Source: an uncultured virus (IMG/VR IMGVR_UViG_3300034061_005656) (lineage: Duplodnaviria > Heunggongvirae > Uroviricota > Caudoviricetes). From it: a DNA stretch of 64,000 nt. The notes beneath the pieces were generated by a model. That model did not search any database. It had not been told where the DNA came from and worked only from the letters and a program-made list of their open reading frames with translations. The stretch lies in IMG/VR virus record IMGVR_UViG_3300034061_005656; one strand, 5' to 3'. A program made the translations under genes and the position numbers. Positions 33,943-43,649 of this stretch are shown piece after piece (positions within the stretch are counted from its first letter, which is position 1; each line of letters starts with the position of its first letter).

Positions 33943-34142
33943 TAGAAGAACAATTAAACGTAAACGCTGACGGCGACCACGACAAGTTTGCACACTACGT
34001 AGATAGAGACGAAGTGATGGAAGCATTTGTGTATGGAACTCCAGTTATGGCGCTATGTGGCAAGATATGGGTGCCTTCACGTGACGGGGAAAACTTTAAG
34101 CTCTGCCCAACTTGCGAAGAAATCTATAGCGAATTACGTTGA
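33930..34142 (+). CDS. DUF3039-family protein
   Basis: 'DGDHDKFAHYV...GTPVMALCGKIWVPSRD...CPTCEEIY'. Confidence 0.85.
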   Translation: MSELIEEQLNVNADGDHDKFAHYVDRDEVMEAFVYGTPVMALCGKIWVPSRDGENFKLCPTCEEIYSELR

Positions 34143-34211
34143 CAGCGTAATTGCCAAGTATAATTTTCTTTCTAATCATTTATCAAACACTTTAAGTCGG
34201 GAGTTCTCACC

Positions 34212-36260
34212 GTGTCATCGCTATTCTCATTTCGTATCAACGACGACTTTGTATCGGGGTACAGAGATAAGAAAGCGCCATTTGGATATCGCGATGCTGG
34301 CGGAAACTCTGTTGGAGAAATTACATTTCTTCGCACGTACTCTCGCTTAAAAGAAGACGGCACCAAAGAAACATGGTCTGACGTTTGTGAACGAGTCATC
34401 AACGGAATGTACTCGCTGCAAAAAGATCATTGCAAAACAAATCGTCTTCCTTGGAATGATGCAAAGGCCCAGGCAAGCGCCAAGGAGGCGTTCGACAGAT
34501 TGTTTAATCTGAAATGGACACCTCCGGGGCGCGGCCTTTGGGTTATGGGTACGCCGCTTGTTAATACACAGAAAAACTCTGCTGCTTTGCAAAACTGTGC
34601 GTTTGTTTCAACTGTTGAAATGACAAAGAACAATCCAGCAAAACCATTTGCGTTTCTTATGGAAGCATCAATGCTTGGTGTTGGTGTTGGTTTTGATGAC
34701 AAGGGCGCAGACAAAGACTTTACGATTTACAAGCCACTTGCTGATAAGAAAACTACACAAGTTATCCCAGACACTCGCGAAGGCTGGGTGCAATCAGTAA
34801 ATGATTTGATTAACTCTTATTTAAAGCCAGAACAAAGCGCTCTTGAATTTGACTATTCACTTGTTCGTCTTGCTGGTGAGCCAATCAAGACATTCGGTGG
34901 CACTGCCGCTGGCCCTGAGCCCTTAGTTAAATTGCATGAGCACGTTCGTAGAATCTTTACAGGACGTGACGGACAAAAACTTTCGCGCGTAGATATTGCT
35001 GACATTGGAAACCTCATCGGAGTATGTGTTGTCTCTGGAAACGTACGACGTTCTGCTGAGCTTTTGCTTGGGCGTTTGGACGATGAAAACTTTTTGAACT
35101 TAAAAAACTCTGCTGTATTTCCTGAGCGCAACTCTTACGATGCAAGCGCACCGGGTTGGGGCTGGATGTCAAACAACTCTGTTGAGACCAAAGTTGGTGA
35201 AGACCTTTCAGCAATTGTTGAAGGCATTGCATTAAACGGAGAGCCTGGTGTTATTTGGTTGGATGTTTCGCGCAAGTATGGTCGTCTTGCTGATCCAGCA
35301 AACAATAAAGACTGGCGCGTTGCTGGTTACAACCCATGCGCAGAACAATCACTTGAGTCATACGAGTGCTGTACGCTTGTTGAAACATATCTAAACCGTC
35401 ACGAAAATCTTGAGGACTACAAGCGCACACTTAAGTTTGCTTACTTGTATGCAAAGACAGTGACACTGCTTCCAACACACTGGGAAGAAACAAACGCAAT
35501 TATGCAGCGTAACCGACGCATTGGCACATCGATGTCTGGCGTTGCTAACTTTGCTGACAAAGTTGGACTGCCTGTTTTGCGTGAGTGGATGGACACTGGC
35601 TACAATACAGTTAAGAGCTACGACGTTACATATTCAGAGTGGCTTGGTATTCGTGAATCAATCAAGATGACAACTGTTAAACCTTCGGGAACAGTTTCTA
35701 TTCTTGCTGGAGAGTCTCCTGGAGTTCACTGGACACCAGGCGGAAAGTTCTTTAACCGAGCAATTCGTTTTTCAAACGAAGATCCAATGCTTCCTTTGTT
35801 CAAAATGGCTAATTACCGAGTTGAACCAGCATCTGAATCTCCAGAAACTACAAGCGTAGTGTTCTTTCCAATTAAGTCAGATGCCGAGCGTGCAGAACGA
35901 GACGTAACAATCTTTGAAAAAATGTCGCTTGCTGCTGTTGCGCAGCGCTATTGGTCAGACAACTCAGTATCTGTAACGATTTCATTTGACCCTGATTCTG
36001 AGTCTGAGCATGTTGGAACAGTTTTGCACATGTATGACGGGCAACTCAAGACAGTGTCATTTTTGCCTTCAGGCAATATGACATATCCTCAAATGCCATA
36101 CACACAGATTACTGAAGAAGAATACACGCAAGGCACAATGGAATTGTTCCCAATTGACTTTTCTGGTGTTTACGCTGGTATGGCAGCCGATGCAATTGGT
36201 GAAGCATACTGCACCACTGATGCTTGCGAAATTAAATTTGTAAGTGAGAACAACAAATAA
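34212..36260 (+). CDS. nrdJ: Class II (adenosylcobalamin-dependent) ribonucleoside-triphosphate reductase
   Basis: 'TPPGRGLW', 'LQNC', 'GNVRRSA', 'YNPCAEQSL', 'TVKPSGTVS', C-terminal CTTDAC. Confidence 0.93.
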   Translation: MSSLFSFRINDDFVSGYRDKKAPFGYRDAGGNSVGEITFLRTYSRLKEDGTKETWSDVCERVINGMYSLQKDHCKTNRLPWNDAKAQASAKEAFDRLFNLKWTPPGRGLWVMGTPLVNTQKNSAALQNCAFVSTVEMTKNNPAKPFAFLMEASMLGVGVGFDDKGADKDFTIYKPLADKKTTQVIPDTREGWVQSVNDLINSYLKPEQSALEFDYSLVRLAGEPIKTFGGTAAGPEPLVKLHEHVRRIFTGRDGQKLSRVDIADIGNLIGVCVVSGNVRRSAELLLGRLDDENFLNLKNSAVFPERNSYDASAPGWGWMSNNSVETKVGEDLSAIVEGIALNGEPGVIWLDVSRKYGRLADPANNKDWRVAGYNPCAEQSLESYECCTLVETYLNRHENLEDYKRTLKFAYLYAKTVTLLPTHWEETNAIMQRNRRIGTSMSGVANFADKVGLPVLREWMDTGYNTVKSYDVTYSEWLGIRESIKMTTVKPSGTVSILAGESPGVHWTPGGKFFNRAIRFSNEDPMLPLFKMANYRVEPASESPETTSVVFFPIKSDAERAERDVTIFEKMSLAAVAQRYWSDNSVSVTISFDPDSESEHVGTVLHMYDGQLKTVSFLPSGNMTYPQMPYTQITEEEYTQGTMELFPIDFSGVYAGMAADAIGEAYCTTDACEIKFVSENNK

Positions 36261-36261
36261 T

Positions 36262-36576
36262 ATGAAAAAGTTTCTTTCTCAGGAAGAGATTAGTTGGATT
36301 GAACAAGCAAAATGCAAAGGGCAAACTGAGTTATTTTTCGGTCAAATGAAAGAAAAGTCTTGGATTCGCGCTCGCCGCGAAGCTGCTGCCATTTCTATAT
36401 GTGGCTCTTGTACTGTAATGTACCAGTGCAGACAGTACGCTCGTGAAAATCATGAGCTAGGCGTCTGGGGTGGTGAAACAGAAGACGAGAGGTACCACGG
36501 CGGTTTTCTTAAAGATCCCAATGTGTCACGAAGGAATAAGCAACGCGTAAGACGGGAAAAAATGGCCGGCCTTTAA
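36262..36576 (+). CDS. whiB: WhiB-family transcription factor
   Basis: 'AKCKG..LFF..ICGSCTVMYQC..GVWGGETEDER'. Confidence 0.9.
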   Translation: MKKFLSQEEISWIEQAKCKGQTELFFGQMKEKSWIRARREAAAISICGSCTVMYQCRQYARENHELGVWGGETEDERYHGGFLKDPNVSRRNKQRVRREKMAGL

Positions 36577-36625
36577 TAAAGGCTAGAATACTTTTAGGGA
36601 GAGGGCTACCTTACAAGGAGCTCTC

Positions 36626-38023
36626 GTGCAAAGTAAAAAAGTATTGTCTCGCGTATTTATCGCCGCGGGGTTGTTTATTGGCGCATCTGCCTTTACAATT
36701 AAGCCATCTACAGTTGGGCCAGACTTTCTCAAAAGCGGTGCTGTAAGCGCTGTAGCCGGCGGGCCGATCGTTCTTGACGGAATGGACCCGGTTTGCCACT
36801 CTGGCTATGAAGGCACTGGCGGATACATTGCCCAGGTCTTGAAGCGAGCACATGATGGCGCCAATAATCTAAACAATGGCAAAATCGCAATCCTTGGCGC
36901 ACAAGGGGCTACAAACTCTTGTGGCGGAAACTGGAATACGCTTCTTTCCACGCAGTATCTTGCGTTGTTTAGCACGCAACCGGCTGTTGATTTTTACAAT
37001 ACAGAAGCGTCAGTAGTTACTTTCTTTGACTCTGTTATTTTTGCAGATACTCCAGCTGTCATTTGGCTACCAGATAACTGGAGTCGCTCGTCACAAGTAG
37101 AAAGCGTTTTTACTGCTAACGCTGAAAAGATTGCAGACTTTGTAAACTCCGGTGGAGCATTATTTGCCAACATGGGTTCGTATGGCTGGCTAACTGCGTT
37201 GCTGCCAAGCGCTGTCTATAATAACGGTGGATGTAACGGTGGGCCTGACGCCACAGCCGATGGTATTGCAGACTTTGAATTGACAAACACAATTGTTGCT
37301 GCCTGCTGGCATGGGTTCTTCACTGGTGACGTTGGGACATTAAAAGTTCTTGTTGACTACCCGTACCCAACCGCATCGGACACTCGCAAGGCAGTGTCTA
37401 TTGGCGGCGGAAGTGTCTCATTACCGAGCTCGTTTACGCTTGCAATTTCCCCAGCCAGTCCTCGAGCTGGAGAAGATCTTGTAATTACCGCTACTGCACA
37501 AACACTCGCCGGCGTCCCACAAGCGGGCGTAGTGGTCACAGTAACAGTAAGCAGCGGCCCTGATGCTGGCCAAACATTGACTGCAACAACTGACTCAAAT
37601 GGTATTGCAACAATTACAGTTCGCACAAATACAACTGGAACTGCAGTGTACACGGCAACAGCAACAGTTAATGGCGTAGCAAAGACAGTGTCCGCGACAG
37701 TCGAGTGGGCTGAACCAACTACTACTACTGGGGCGCCTACCACTACTACTGGGGCGCCTACCACTACTACTGAGGCACCAGCACCAGCACCAACTACTAC
37801 TGAGGCACCAGCCGTTGCGCCCGCTCCTACGGTTACTGAGCCGCCTGTGACGGTGACAACAGACGCCATTGTATTGCATGACCATTCAACACATGACCAT
37901 GGGCCAAAGCTCCCAACATCAGGGTCAAGTAACGCACGAATCATGCTCTGGATTTCAGCGCTATTGATTGCAATTGGCTTGCATCTTTCGACATTAAATA
38001 AACTTGCGAGTCGCAGAAAGTAA
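36626..38023 (+). CDS. Secreted, putatively sortase-anchored surface protein with Ig-like (Big_1) domain
   Basis: Signal peptide; 'ATTDSNGIATITV' Big_1 pattern; PT-rich linker; LPTSG + hydrophobic helix + RRK tail. Confidence 0.7.
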   Translation: MQSKKVLSRVFIAAGLFIGASAFTIKPSTVGPDFLKSGAVSAVAGGPIVLDGMDPVCHSGYEGTGGYIAQVLKRAHDGANNLNNGKIAILGAQGATNSCGGNWNTLLSTQYLALFSTQPAVDFYNTEASVVTFFDSVIFADTPAVIWLPDNWSRSSQVESVFTANAEKIADFVNSGGALFANMGSYGWLTALLPSAVYNNGGCNGGPDATADGIADFELTNTIVAACWHGFFTGDVGTLKVLVDYPYPTASDTRKAVSIGGGSVSLPSSFTLAISPASPRAGEDLVITATAQTLAGVPQAGVVVTVTVSSGPDAGQTLTATTDSNGIATITVRTNTTGTAVYTATATVNGVAKTVSATVEWAEPTTTTGAPTTTTGAPTTTTEAPAPAPTTTEAPAVAPAPTVTEPPVTVTTDAIVLHDHSTHDHGPKLPTSGSSNARIMLWISALLIAIGLHLSTLNKLASRRK

Positions 38024-38040
38024 CGCAAAGGAAGTATAAA

Positions 38041-38280
38041 ATGGAACAAGTAAAACAAATCACATGGAGAATTGTTGCTACATTTGCAGCGACAGGTCTT
38101 AGTGTTGTGGGGGCTGGCGCAATTGTCGATGTTCCACTAATTAAAGCTGTCTTGATGGCTGGAATTGGCGGAGTCGCTTTTGTTATTGAAGGTCTTGCAC
38201 GCGCGTACATGGACGATGGTAAGCTTACAACACAAGAGATCAATGACGTCTTCCGAAAGGTTGACAAAAAGAAAGACTAA
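38041..38280 (+). CDS. Small two-TM membrane protein (holin-like)
   Basis: Two hydrophobic segments then 'DDGKLTTQEINDVF'; AAGGA SD. Confidence 0.6.
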   Translation: MEQVKQITWRIVATFAATGLSVVGAGAIVDVPLIKAVLMAGIGGVAFVIEGLARAYMDDGKLTTQEINDVFRKVDKKKD

Positions 38281-38292
38281 CAGGGAGGCATT

Positions 38293-38595
38293 TTGACACT
38301 CAATTGCGATTGGATGTCGGAAGCTATTTGCAAAGGCAAAACTTCATTGTTTTTTATGCCTTACAAAGAGACAGTAAGGCAAAGAAGAATACGAGAGTCC
38401 GCTGCTAAAGTTATTTGTAATCAGTGTCCCGTAATGCACGAGTGTAAATCTTACGCTCGTGATGCTAATGAACTTGGTATTTGGGGCGGGGAAACTGAAG
38501 AAGAAAGATACTTCGGCGGATATCTCGATAACCCTGTTACAAATAAGTACTTTGCACGCAGAGTCAGAATTGAGCGCAATAGGCTATCTAACTAG
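38293..38595 (+). CDS. whiB: WhiB-family transcription factor
   Basis: 'AICKG..LFF..ICNQCPVMHEC..GIWGGETEEER'; GGGAGG SD; close paralog of 36262..36576. Confidence 0.9.
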   Translation: MTLNCDWMSEAICKGKTSLFFMPYKETVRQRRIRESAAKVICNQCPVMHECKSYARDANELGIWGGETEEERYFGGYLDNPVTNKYFARRVRIERNRLSN

Positions 38596-38878
38596 TTAGC
38601 GCTTCGTACATTCGCGCTGCTTTGCACCAGCTACAGTTGCTTTTATACAGACCGCTTTCAGCATAGTGCTCGCAAGGGATTGCGCCTAGTCCAAATACTA
38701 TGTCAGCAATTGCTCGATAGTCGCTGTAGTCTTTTGCGTGAAGCGCATTGTGCATGGCTTTTTTCATTTCATCAAAGTCTACCATTACATTCCTCGCATC
38801 CAGAGAACTATCTGCTTGATAGACCAGCCGGCAAGACCGCCGTAAATCATGTAAATGAGCAGTTTCATTTTGGGTCAA
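38588..38878 (-). CDS. Hypothetical protein
   Basis: Packed in a minus-strand run of small ORFs; CEH...CSWC. Confidence 0.5.
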   Translation of the reverse strand: MTQNETAHLHDLRRSCRLVYQADSSLDARNVMVDFDEMKKAMHNALHAKDYSDYRAIADIVFGLGAIPCEHYAESGLYKSNCSWCKAARMYEALTS

Positions 38879-39197
38879 TAAGCCCAGGGCGAGGTCTTTG
38901 AAGAGATTGTTTTTTATTGTCTTCTTCTACTTTTGCTGTTTCGTAAAATCTAATTGCTGGTTCTAGCGGAGACACTTCTCCGGACTCACGTGCGCGCTTG
39001 CAAGAAAAATATAGCATTTCTGCTGTTTGCTGCCATTTGCCGACTTCAGCTGTTTTGTCCTTTAGACTAATCATTGCTTCAGCAAGAAACTTGTCAACAA
39101 GATCAAATCGTTTTTGTAGTTCATCTCGTTCTTTAATGATTTCTTGTGTTTTGTCATAGTCACTAAGAGGCGGAGGCCAGATGTATTCGTCAGACAT
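38865..39197 (-). CDS. Hypothetical coiled-coil protein
   Basis: 110-aa ORF abutting its neighbours. Confidence 0.55.
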   Translation of the reverse strand: MSDEYIWPPPLSDYDKTQEIIKERDELQKRFDLVDKFLAEAMISLKDKTAEVGKWQQTAEMLYFSCKRARESGEVSPLEPAIRFYETAKVEEDNKKQSLQRPRPGLIDPK

Positions 39198-39198
39198 C

Positions 39199-39441
39199 TT
39201 AGTTGTTTTCTGTTTTGTTTTTGTAGTGGCCGATTACTTCGTCTTCTTGACGAATACCGTTTTTGTAATGGCTAACTTTGAAGCCTTTAAGCGCAAGTTT
39301 AGAAAGACCTTGAACGTCTGTTTCTAATTTTTTAATGTGCTTTTTCATATCTTTAATATCTGGCGTAATCCACCATCTATGAAATAGCAAACCGGCAACT
39401 GCGCCGAGCACGCTACCGAAAATAAATGTAATAACTGGCAT
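39199..39441 (-). CDS. Single-TM hypothetical protein
   Basis: GGAGG SD before ATG 39441; hydrophobic N-terminus. Confidence 0.55.
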   Translation of the reverse strand: MPVITFIFGSVLGAVAGLLFHRWWITPDIKDMKKHIKKLETDVQGLSKLALKGFKVSHYKNGIRQEDEVIGHYKNKTENN

Positions 39442-39443
39442 TG

Positions 39444-39635
39444 TTATTCCTCCGTGTCTGATTCCAGTTGTTCCCAATTTGCGTATTCGCCTTGAACTAC
39501 TACAGCGTGGCTATCTCCACCGTCAATAGAAACTCGTGTAGGCGATCCGTCTGGGCAATTGCATGTGACAAAATCATGTTTCATGCGCGAAACAAGAGTA
39601 GTGTTGCACGTCTTGCACTTAATTTTGTTTGTCAT
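39444..39635 (-). CDS. Small Zn-binding phage protein
   Basis: 'IKCKTC....S..HDFVTCNC....IDGG' pattern common in phages. Confidence 0.65.
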   Translation of the reverse strand: MTNKIKCKTCNTTLVSRMKHDFVTCNCPDGSPTRVSIDGGDSHAVVVQGEYANWEQLESDTEE

Positions 39636-39873
39636 CTTGCTTATACATTAGAGCTAAATTGTCTAAAGCTTTCCAAAGAGCTGGCCACTCTTCGCGGTGC
39701 TTACGCATGACATGGTCATGGTACTGTTCAACTCTGCCTTTGTCATTTATTGCTTTAATAATTTGACGAGCAGCTTCTTCTAAATTGCTATTTCTCTTCT
39801 TTAAAAAGAAATTGTTAATCCAAGCTTCAACAAGTTGAGCTTCAATGTCTTTTTCAGTTCTACGCCTGAACAT
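39619..39873 (-). CDS. Hypothetical protein
   Basis: Start taken as ATG 39873 (MFRRRTEK...) to avoid a long overlap. Confidence 0.5.
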   Translation of the reverse strand: MFRRRTEKDIEAQLVEAWINNFFLKKRNSNLEEAARQIIKAINDKGRVEQYHDHVMRKHREEWPALWKALDNLALMYKQDDKQN

Positions 39874-40339
39874 CTGACGCTCGCTGAATGTGTCTTTGAA
39901 CTCCGTAGTATAGCGGTCCAGCATTAGAAATGCCAAGACCTTTTGCAATAATAGAAAGTGATACGCCGTTTTCCTGGTATTCAACAGCAAGTTGTTCGTG
40001 GTACTTATGTGTCCCAAGTTCGCGTGCCTGACGGACGCGCTCTACTGCTGCGTCTGCTTCTTCTGGAGTTAGCTTTTTTCGCGCGCCTTTATTGTTTACT
40101 GAGGGTACTTCAGACATAAAGATGCGACGACGGAGCCCTGAGTAAGAAACTTCAAGCTCTCGTGCAAGCCCGATTAGACTTCCTTTTTTACCTGAAAACT
40201 CTACAAGCAACCGTGTGTATTCTTGGCTTGCCTGATGTGCAGGGGTATTTTGGCTTTTTGCGCCATACGCCTTTTGTGCAAGAGAAATCAAAGGTCGCAT
40301 TTTTTCTGCGTATTCTTTGATAGTGTCTTCGTTCTTCAT
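39860..40339 (-). CDS. Protein with two HTH-like repeats
   Basis: 'SLIGLARELEVSYSGLRRR' and 'SLSIIAKGLGISN'; AGGAG SD. Confidence 0.6.
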   Translation of the reverse strand: MKNEDTIKEYAEKMRPLISLAQKAYGAKSQNTPAHQASQEYTRLLVEFSGKKGSLIGLARELEVSYSGLRRRIFMSEVPSVNNKGARKKLTPEEADAAVERVRQARELGTHKYHEQLAVEYQENGVSLSIIAKGLGISNAGPLYYGVQRHIQRASDVQA

Positions 40340-40408
40340 TTTGCTCCTGTGTTGTGTATCGGGGGGATTTTTTTATTATACACACAGGAGTGTATAAAAG
40401 CGGAAAGC

Positions 40409-41077
40409 TTATGAAGATTTTTTAGCGCGAGACTTTTTGCGATGTTCTTCCCAAATTTCAAGATCTTCTGGAAAGTCAAAGTCTTCTGTCCAGTCGTTGA
40501 TTTCTACAAAATGAGAGTTTTCAAACATGCCTGAAGGAGCTGGGCCAATCATATAGCGATACAGTGCCCAGCCTGCTTGGCTTTGAATTTGTCCCATAGA
40601 TACTAGGTACAAAAGATTTTGGCCAATGGTTCTTGCCATGTTTTGATCAAATGATAATCCAAAGATTTCTTTCCATCGCGCACCTGATAGTTCAGACGGA
40701 CCTGTGCGAAGAAAAAACTTAAATGGATCTTTGTCTTTCATGATTGTCTTGACAGCTTCGCTAGTGAAGTAGACATCGCCAAACACAAGAACAGTGCGAC
40801 CGTCATTTAGCCAGAGATTCTTTGATGAAAGAAACTTTGCTGCGTCTCTCCAGTGCGTGTTTTGTGATTGTATAGTGTACAGGCTTGTGCCTTCGACTTT
40901 GTATCTTTCGTCAAGGCCAATTACGCAAACATCGTCGGTGTACTTTAAGAACTGCGAGCATGTGCGCTCGAGCAGAACTTTGCCCTCGATTTTAGTTAGG
41001 TGCTTTGGCGTTCCGCGAAAATCTTTCCAGCGTTCGCCACTGCCGGCGGCTAGGATAATTACGCGCGTTTTTGCCAT
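40409..41077 (-). CDS. Sugar/phosphocholine nucleotidyltransferase (NTP_transferase family)
   Basis: 'IILAAGSGERW...PKHL', 'FGDVYF', 'EDFDFPED'. Confidence 0.8.
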   Translation of the reverse strand: MAKTRVIILAAGSGERWKDFRGTPKHLTKIEGKVLLERTCSQFLKYTDDVCVIGLDERYKVEGTSLYTIQSQNTHWRDAAKFLSSKNLWLNDGRTVLVFGDVYFTSEAVKTIMKDKDPFKFFLRTGPSELSGARWKEIFGLSFDQNMARTIGQNLLYLVSMGQIQSQAGWALYRYMIGPAPSGMFENSHFVEINDWTEDFDFPEDLEIWEEHRKKSRAKKSS

Positions 41078-41093
41078 GTATTCATTATACGCC

Positions 41094-41357
41094 TTAAGGC
41101 TCTATAAAGATGCACTCTCCTGGGCATTCTTCAGCGGCATCAATTACATCACTAAGAAGATTATCGGGAACATCAGCAAGACCTTCTCCCATTTGATACT
41201 TTGGTCCAGGGCCAGAACCGTCAGGTCCCAGAAGATTTGGCCATGCTACTTCTTTAACATAAGCAAGCCCATCATCATGCATTGCAAATACATCGGAGCA
41301 AATTTCAGCGCAAAGGCCGTCACCGGTGCATAGATCTTGGTCAATCCAAACTTTCAT
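41094..41357 (-). CDS. Ferredoxin (actinobacterial single-cluster type)
   Basis: 'MKVWIDQDLCTGDGLCAEIC..VF...AAEECPGECI'. Confidence 0.9.
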   Translation of the reverse strand: MKVWIDQDLCTGDGLCAEICSDVFAMHDDGLAYVKEVAWPNLLGPDGSGPGPKYQMGEGLADVPDNLLSDVIDAAEECPGECIFIEP

Positions 41358-41377
41358 GATTGCTATTTTACCTTTAT

Positions 41378-43390
41378 TTATTCTTCGTCATTTTCAAGCA
41401 TGACATAGATATAGTGAACTGTCAGCGCTGCTGCTGTCGCAATCATTGCGATTCTTCGCGTGTCACCTGAAAGGGTGACAAACATGATTGCGCTACCAGC
41501 AAGCGTAAATGAAAGCGCTGCTGTTTCCTTGAGGAACTTTTTAATAAATCCAAGCATTGTGAACTCCTTTTGGTCGTTTTCTTTGTATATGTAAATGCTG
41601 TTTCGAGTGTTGAGATTCTTTTCTCTATCCTCGGGTCCTTCAAGACCACCAGCTTCTTCGTCTTCTTGCTCTTCTTCTCGGCGAGCGGCCTTATTAGAAT
41701 CGCTCGGTGAGCCGCCAGATCCGCCGCTATTGCCACCACTTGGGTGACCACCACCAGCTCCAGGAGCGGCTCCAGCCGCCGCTACACTAGCCATAACGGT
41801 TGTAACGGCAATGACGGAGCGGCGGGTTCCTACGTCAACTGATGAACCTTCTGGGACATATTCATCGAGCCCTGAGCCGTACACATCGACTGCTGATTCA
41901 AATGTGTTTTTTACTTCGCTTGGTGCGTCTGACAGTGTTGCAACAAGCACTGCTTCTTGCTCTGGAGAAAGATCGCTAATGGGTAATGATTCAAAGACTT
42001 CTGACAATTGGTCTTTTGGTAGTTCAATAAATGCAGCGTTTGTAACAAGCGCGACTGCTTGGTCTGGCTCTATTGTTTCGAGATCAACAGTTTCAACAAG
42101 TTTTTTAAGTTCATCAACTGTTTGAATTAGCGCAATTGTTGCTGCTTCTGGAACTGGCGCTTTTTGTTCTGGCGGAAGAGTCGTTGTTGTTGTTATCGGC
42201 GGCGGGAGCGTCGTCGTCGTTGTTTGCGGTTGTTCTGTTTGTTGTAGTAACGTAGTTTGAACTGGGACTGTGGTTGTGCTGGTTGTTGCAACTTCAGTCG
42301 TCTCCACAGTCACAGTCGGGATCGATGCAACCGTCGTAGTCGTAGTCCATACTGGTTCTGGCTCCTTTATTGTTGTCGTTGTTTCAATTATTATTGGTGG
42401 TAGAGTTGTCGTTGTTGGCGGAGTCGGATCTTCAACAAGAAGATCAATTGATTGTTCTGGACCATACTGGCATTGAAGATTTGAAGGCGCAAAACATGCG
42501 GCGGTTCCAGGGCGAATCTTAAATCTAATGTCTCCGTAACCTGTAGTTCCAGTCCACATCCAGGGCCCAAGATTGATAAGAGTATTGTCTGTCCAAATTC
42601 CCCAGCCGCCAGACTCGACACCTTGCTCAAGTTTAAAGAATGAAACAGTGTACGCAAATATGTCTAAGTTGCTTGGCGCTGGTTGCTCCCACGAAAGATC
42701 AACGCTACCGTCTGGCTTTGCAACGCCTTGCAGATTTGTGACTGGGTTAAAGTATGGAGCAAGAGTTGTAGTAGTTGGAGTAACTGTTGCTGTTTTAGTA
42801 AAAGCAGACGGAGGAACTATTTCCCAGCCATTGCCTAGATTCCAATAAAGAGTTGTCCATGCTCCACCGCCGTTTTCATAGTACCAATAAGTAAATGGTT
42901 TAGAAATTCCAGCGGTAAATGATTGAGGCTCTGTTATTTGGCCATCACCGCCTTTATCTACCCAGCTACCTGAGTCAATTAAAACGCCGTCAAGGTAGAA
43001 CATTGTTCCGTCATCTGCTTGCGGCCAAAACAAAATGTCGCCAGTTATTGGAGAAGTGATGTGGCCTTGATACTTAACAATGAAATCTTCGTACAGATTA
43101 AAAGGAGGGTTCGCGTCAAAATTTTGATTAATGTTTGCGTATGTCGTAGTACCGGTGACTGGTCTTCCGGAGACTTCTGGAAGCGGAGGAGATCCGTTAT
43201 AGCCAAAGTTGTCGTAAACTGTAACATCAATCCCAGGCTCTACCGAAGCCTGTGACACAGAAGAAAAGCCTGTAGATGTAGAGATAACAGATAACGCGAA
43301 GATTGGAGCTAAAATTAGCGATCCACGTCTTTTAAGTTTATTTTGTATGCCCTTTCGCCACCCGCTCCCCCAGGTCGCTTTTTGTGACAT
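41378..43390 (-). CDS. Membrane-anchored surface protein: PA14 domain, FN3-like domain, Thr/Pro stalk, C-terminal TM segments
   Basis: 'ADDGTMFYLDG...YYENGGGA' PA14; 'SVDLSWEQP...YTVS' FN3; T-rich linker; hydrophobic C-terminus. Confidence 0.75.
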   Translation of the reverse strand: MSQKATWGSGWRKGIQNKLKRRGSLILAPIFALSVISTSTGFSSVSQASVEPGIDVTVYDNFGYNGSPPLPEVSGRPVTGTTTYANINQNFDANPPFNLYEDFIVKYQGHITSPITGDILFWPQADDGTMFYLDGVLIDSGSWVDKGGDGQITEPQSFTAGISKPFTYWYYENGGGAWTTLYWNLGNGWEIVPPSAFTKTATVTPTTTTLAPYFNPVTNLQGVAKPDGSVDLSWEQPAPSNLDIFAYTVSFFKLEQGVESGGWGIWTDNTLINLGPWMWTGTTGYGDIRFKIRPGTAACFAPSNLQCQYGPEQSIDLLVEDPTPPTTTTLPPIIIETTTTIKEPEPVWTTTTTVASIPTVTVETTEVATTSTTTVPVQTTLLQQTEQPQTTTTTLPPPITTTTTLPPEQKAPVPEAATIALIQTVDELKKLVETVDLETIEPDQAVALVTNAAFIELPKDQLSEVFESLPISDLSPEQEAVLVATLSDAPSEVKNTFESAVDVYGSGLDEYVPEGSSVDVGTRRSVIAVTTVMASVAAAGAAPGAGGGHPSGGNSGGSGGSPSDSNKAARREEEQEDEEAGGLEGPEDREKNLNTRNSIYIYKENDQKEFTMLGFIKKFLKETAALSFTLAGSAIMFVTLSGDTRRIAMIATAAALTVHYIYVMLENDEE

Positions 43391-43393
43391 TAC

Positions 43394-43642
43394 TTAATAG
43401 TCATCATCCTCGTCGTCATCCCTAAACCCGGGAACCGGTGAATACTGCCACGCTATTTCTCTTACAGCCTCGGTGACATGATTTGCAATGTCAATGAGGT
43501 TTTCTACTGCAATGAGCAAATCTGCTCGTTGGTCAATATCTTCTGGGTCAAGAAGCTCATCTGCAATGGAGTAAAGGGTATGCGTGCAAGAAACAATTCG
43601 CCGCATCGCCCGTTCTTGGTCCGTCTCCTGAAGGAACGTCAT
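43394..43642 (-). CDS. Hypothetical acidic protein (leaderless)
   Basis: TAGAAT 6 nt before ATG. Confidence 0.55.
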   Translation of the reverse strand: MTFLQETDQERAMRRIVSCTHTLYSIADELLDPEDIDQRADLLIAVENLIDIANHVTEAVREIAWQYSPVPGFRDDDEDDDY

Positions 43643-43649
43643 GTGTTTA

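Noticed and set aside
37357..38058. 233-aa minus-strand ORF
   Set aside because: Antisense to the surface protein, which has coherent domains and signals.
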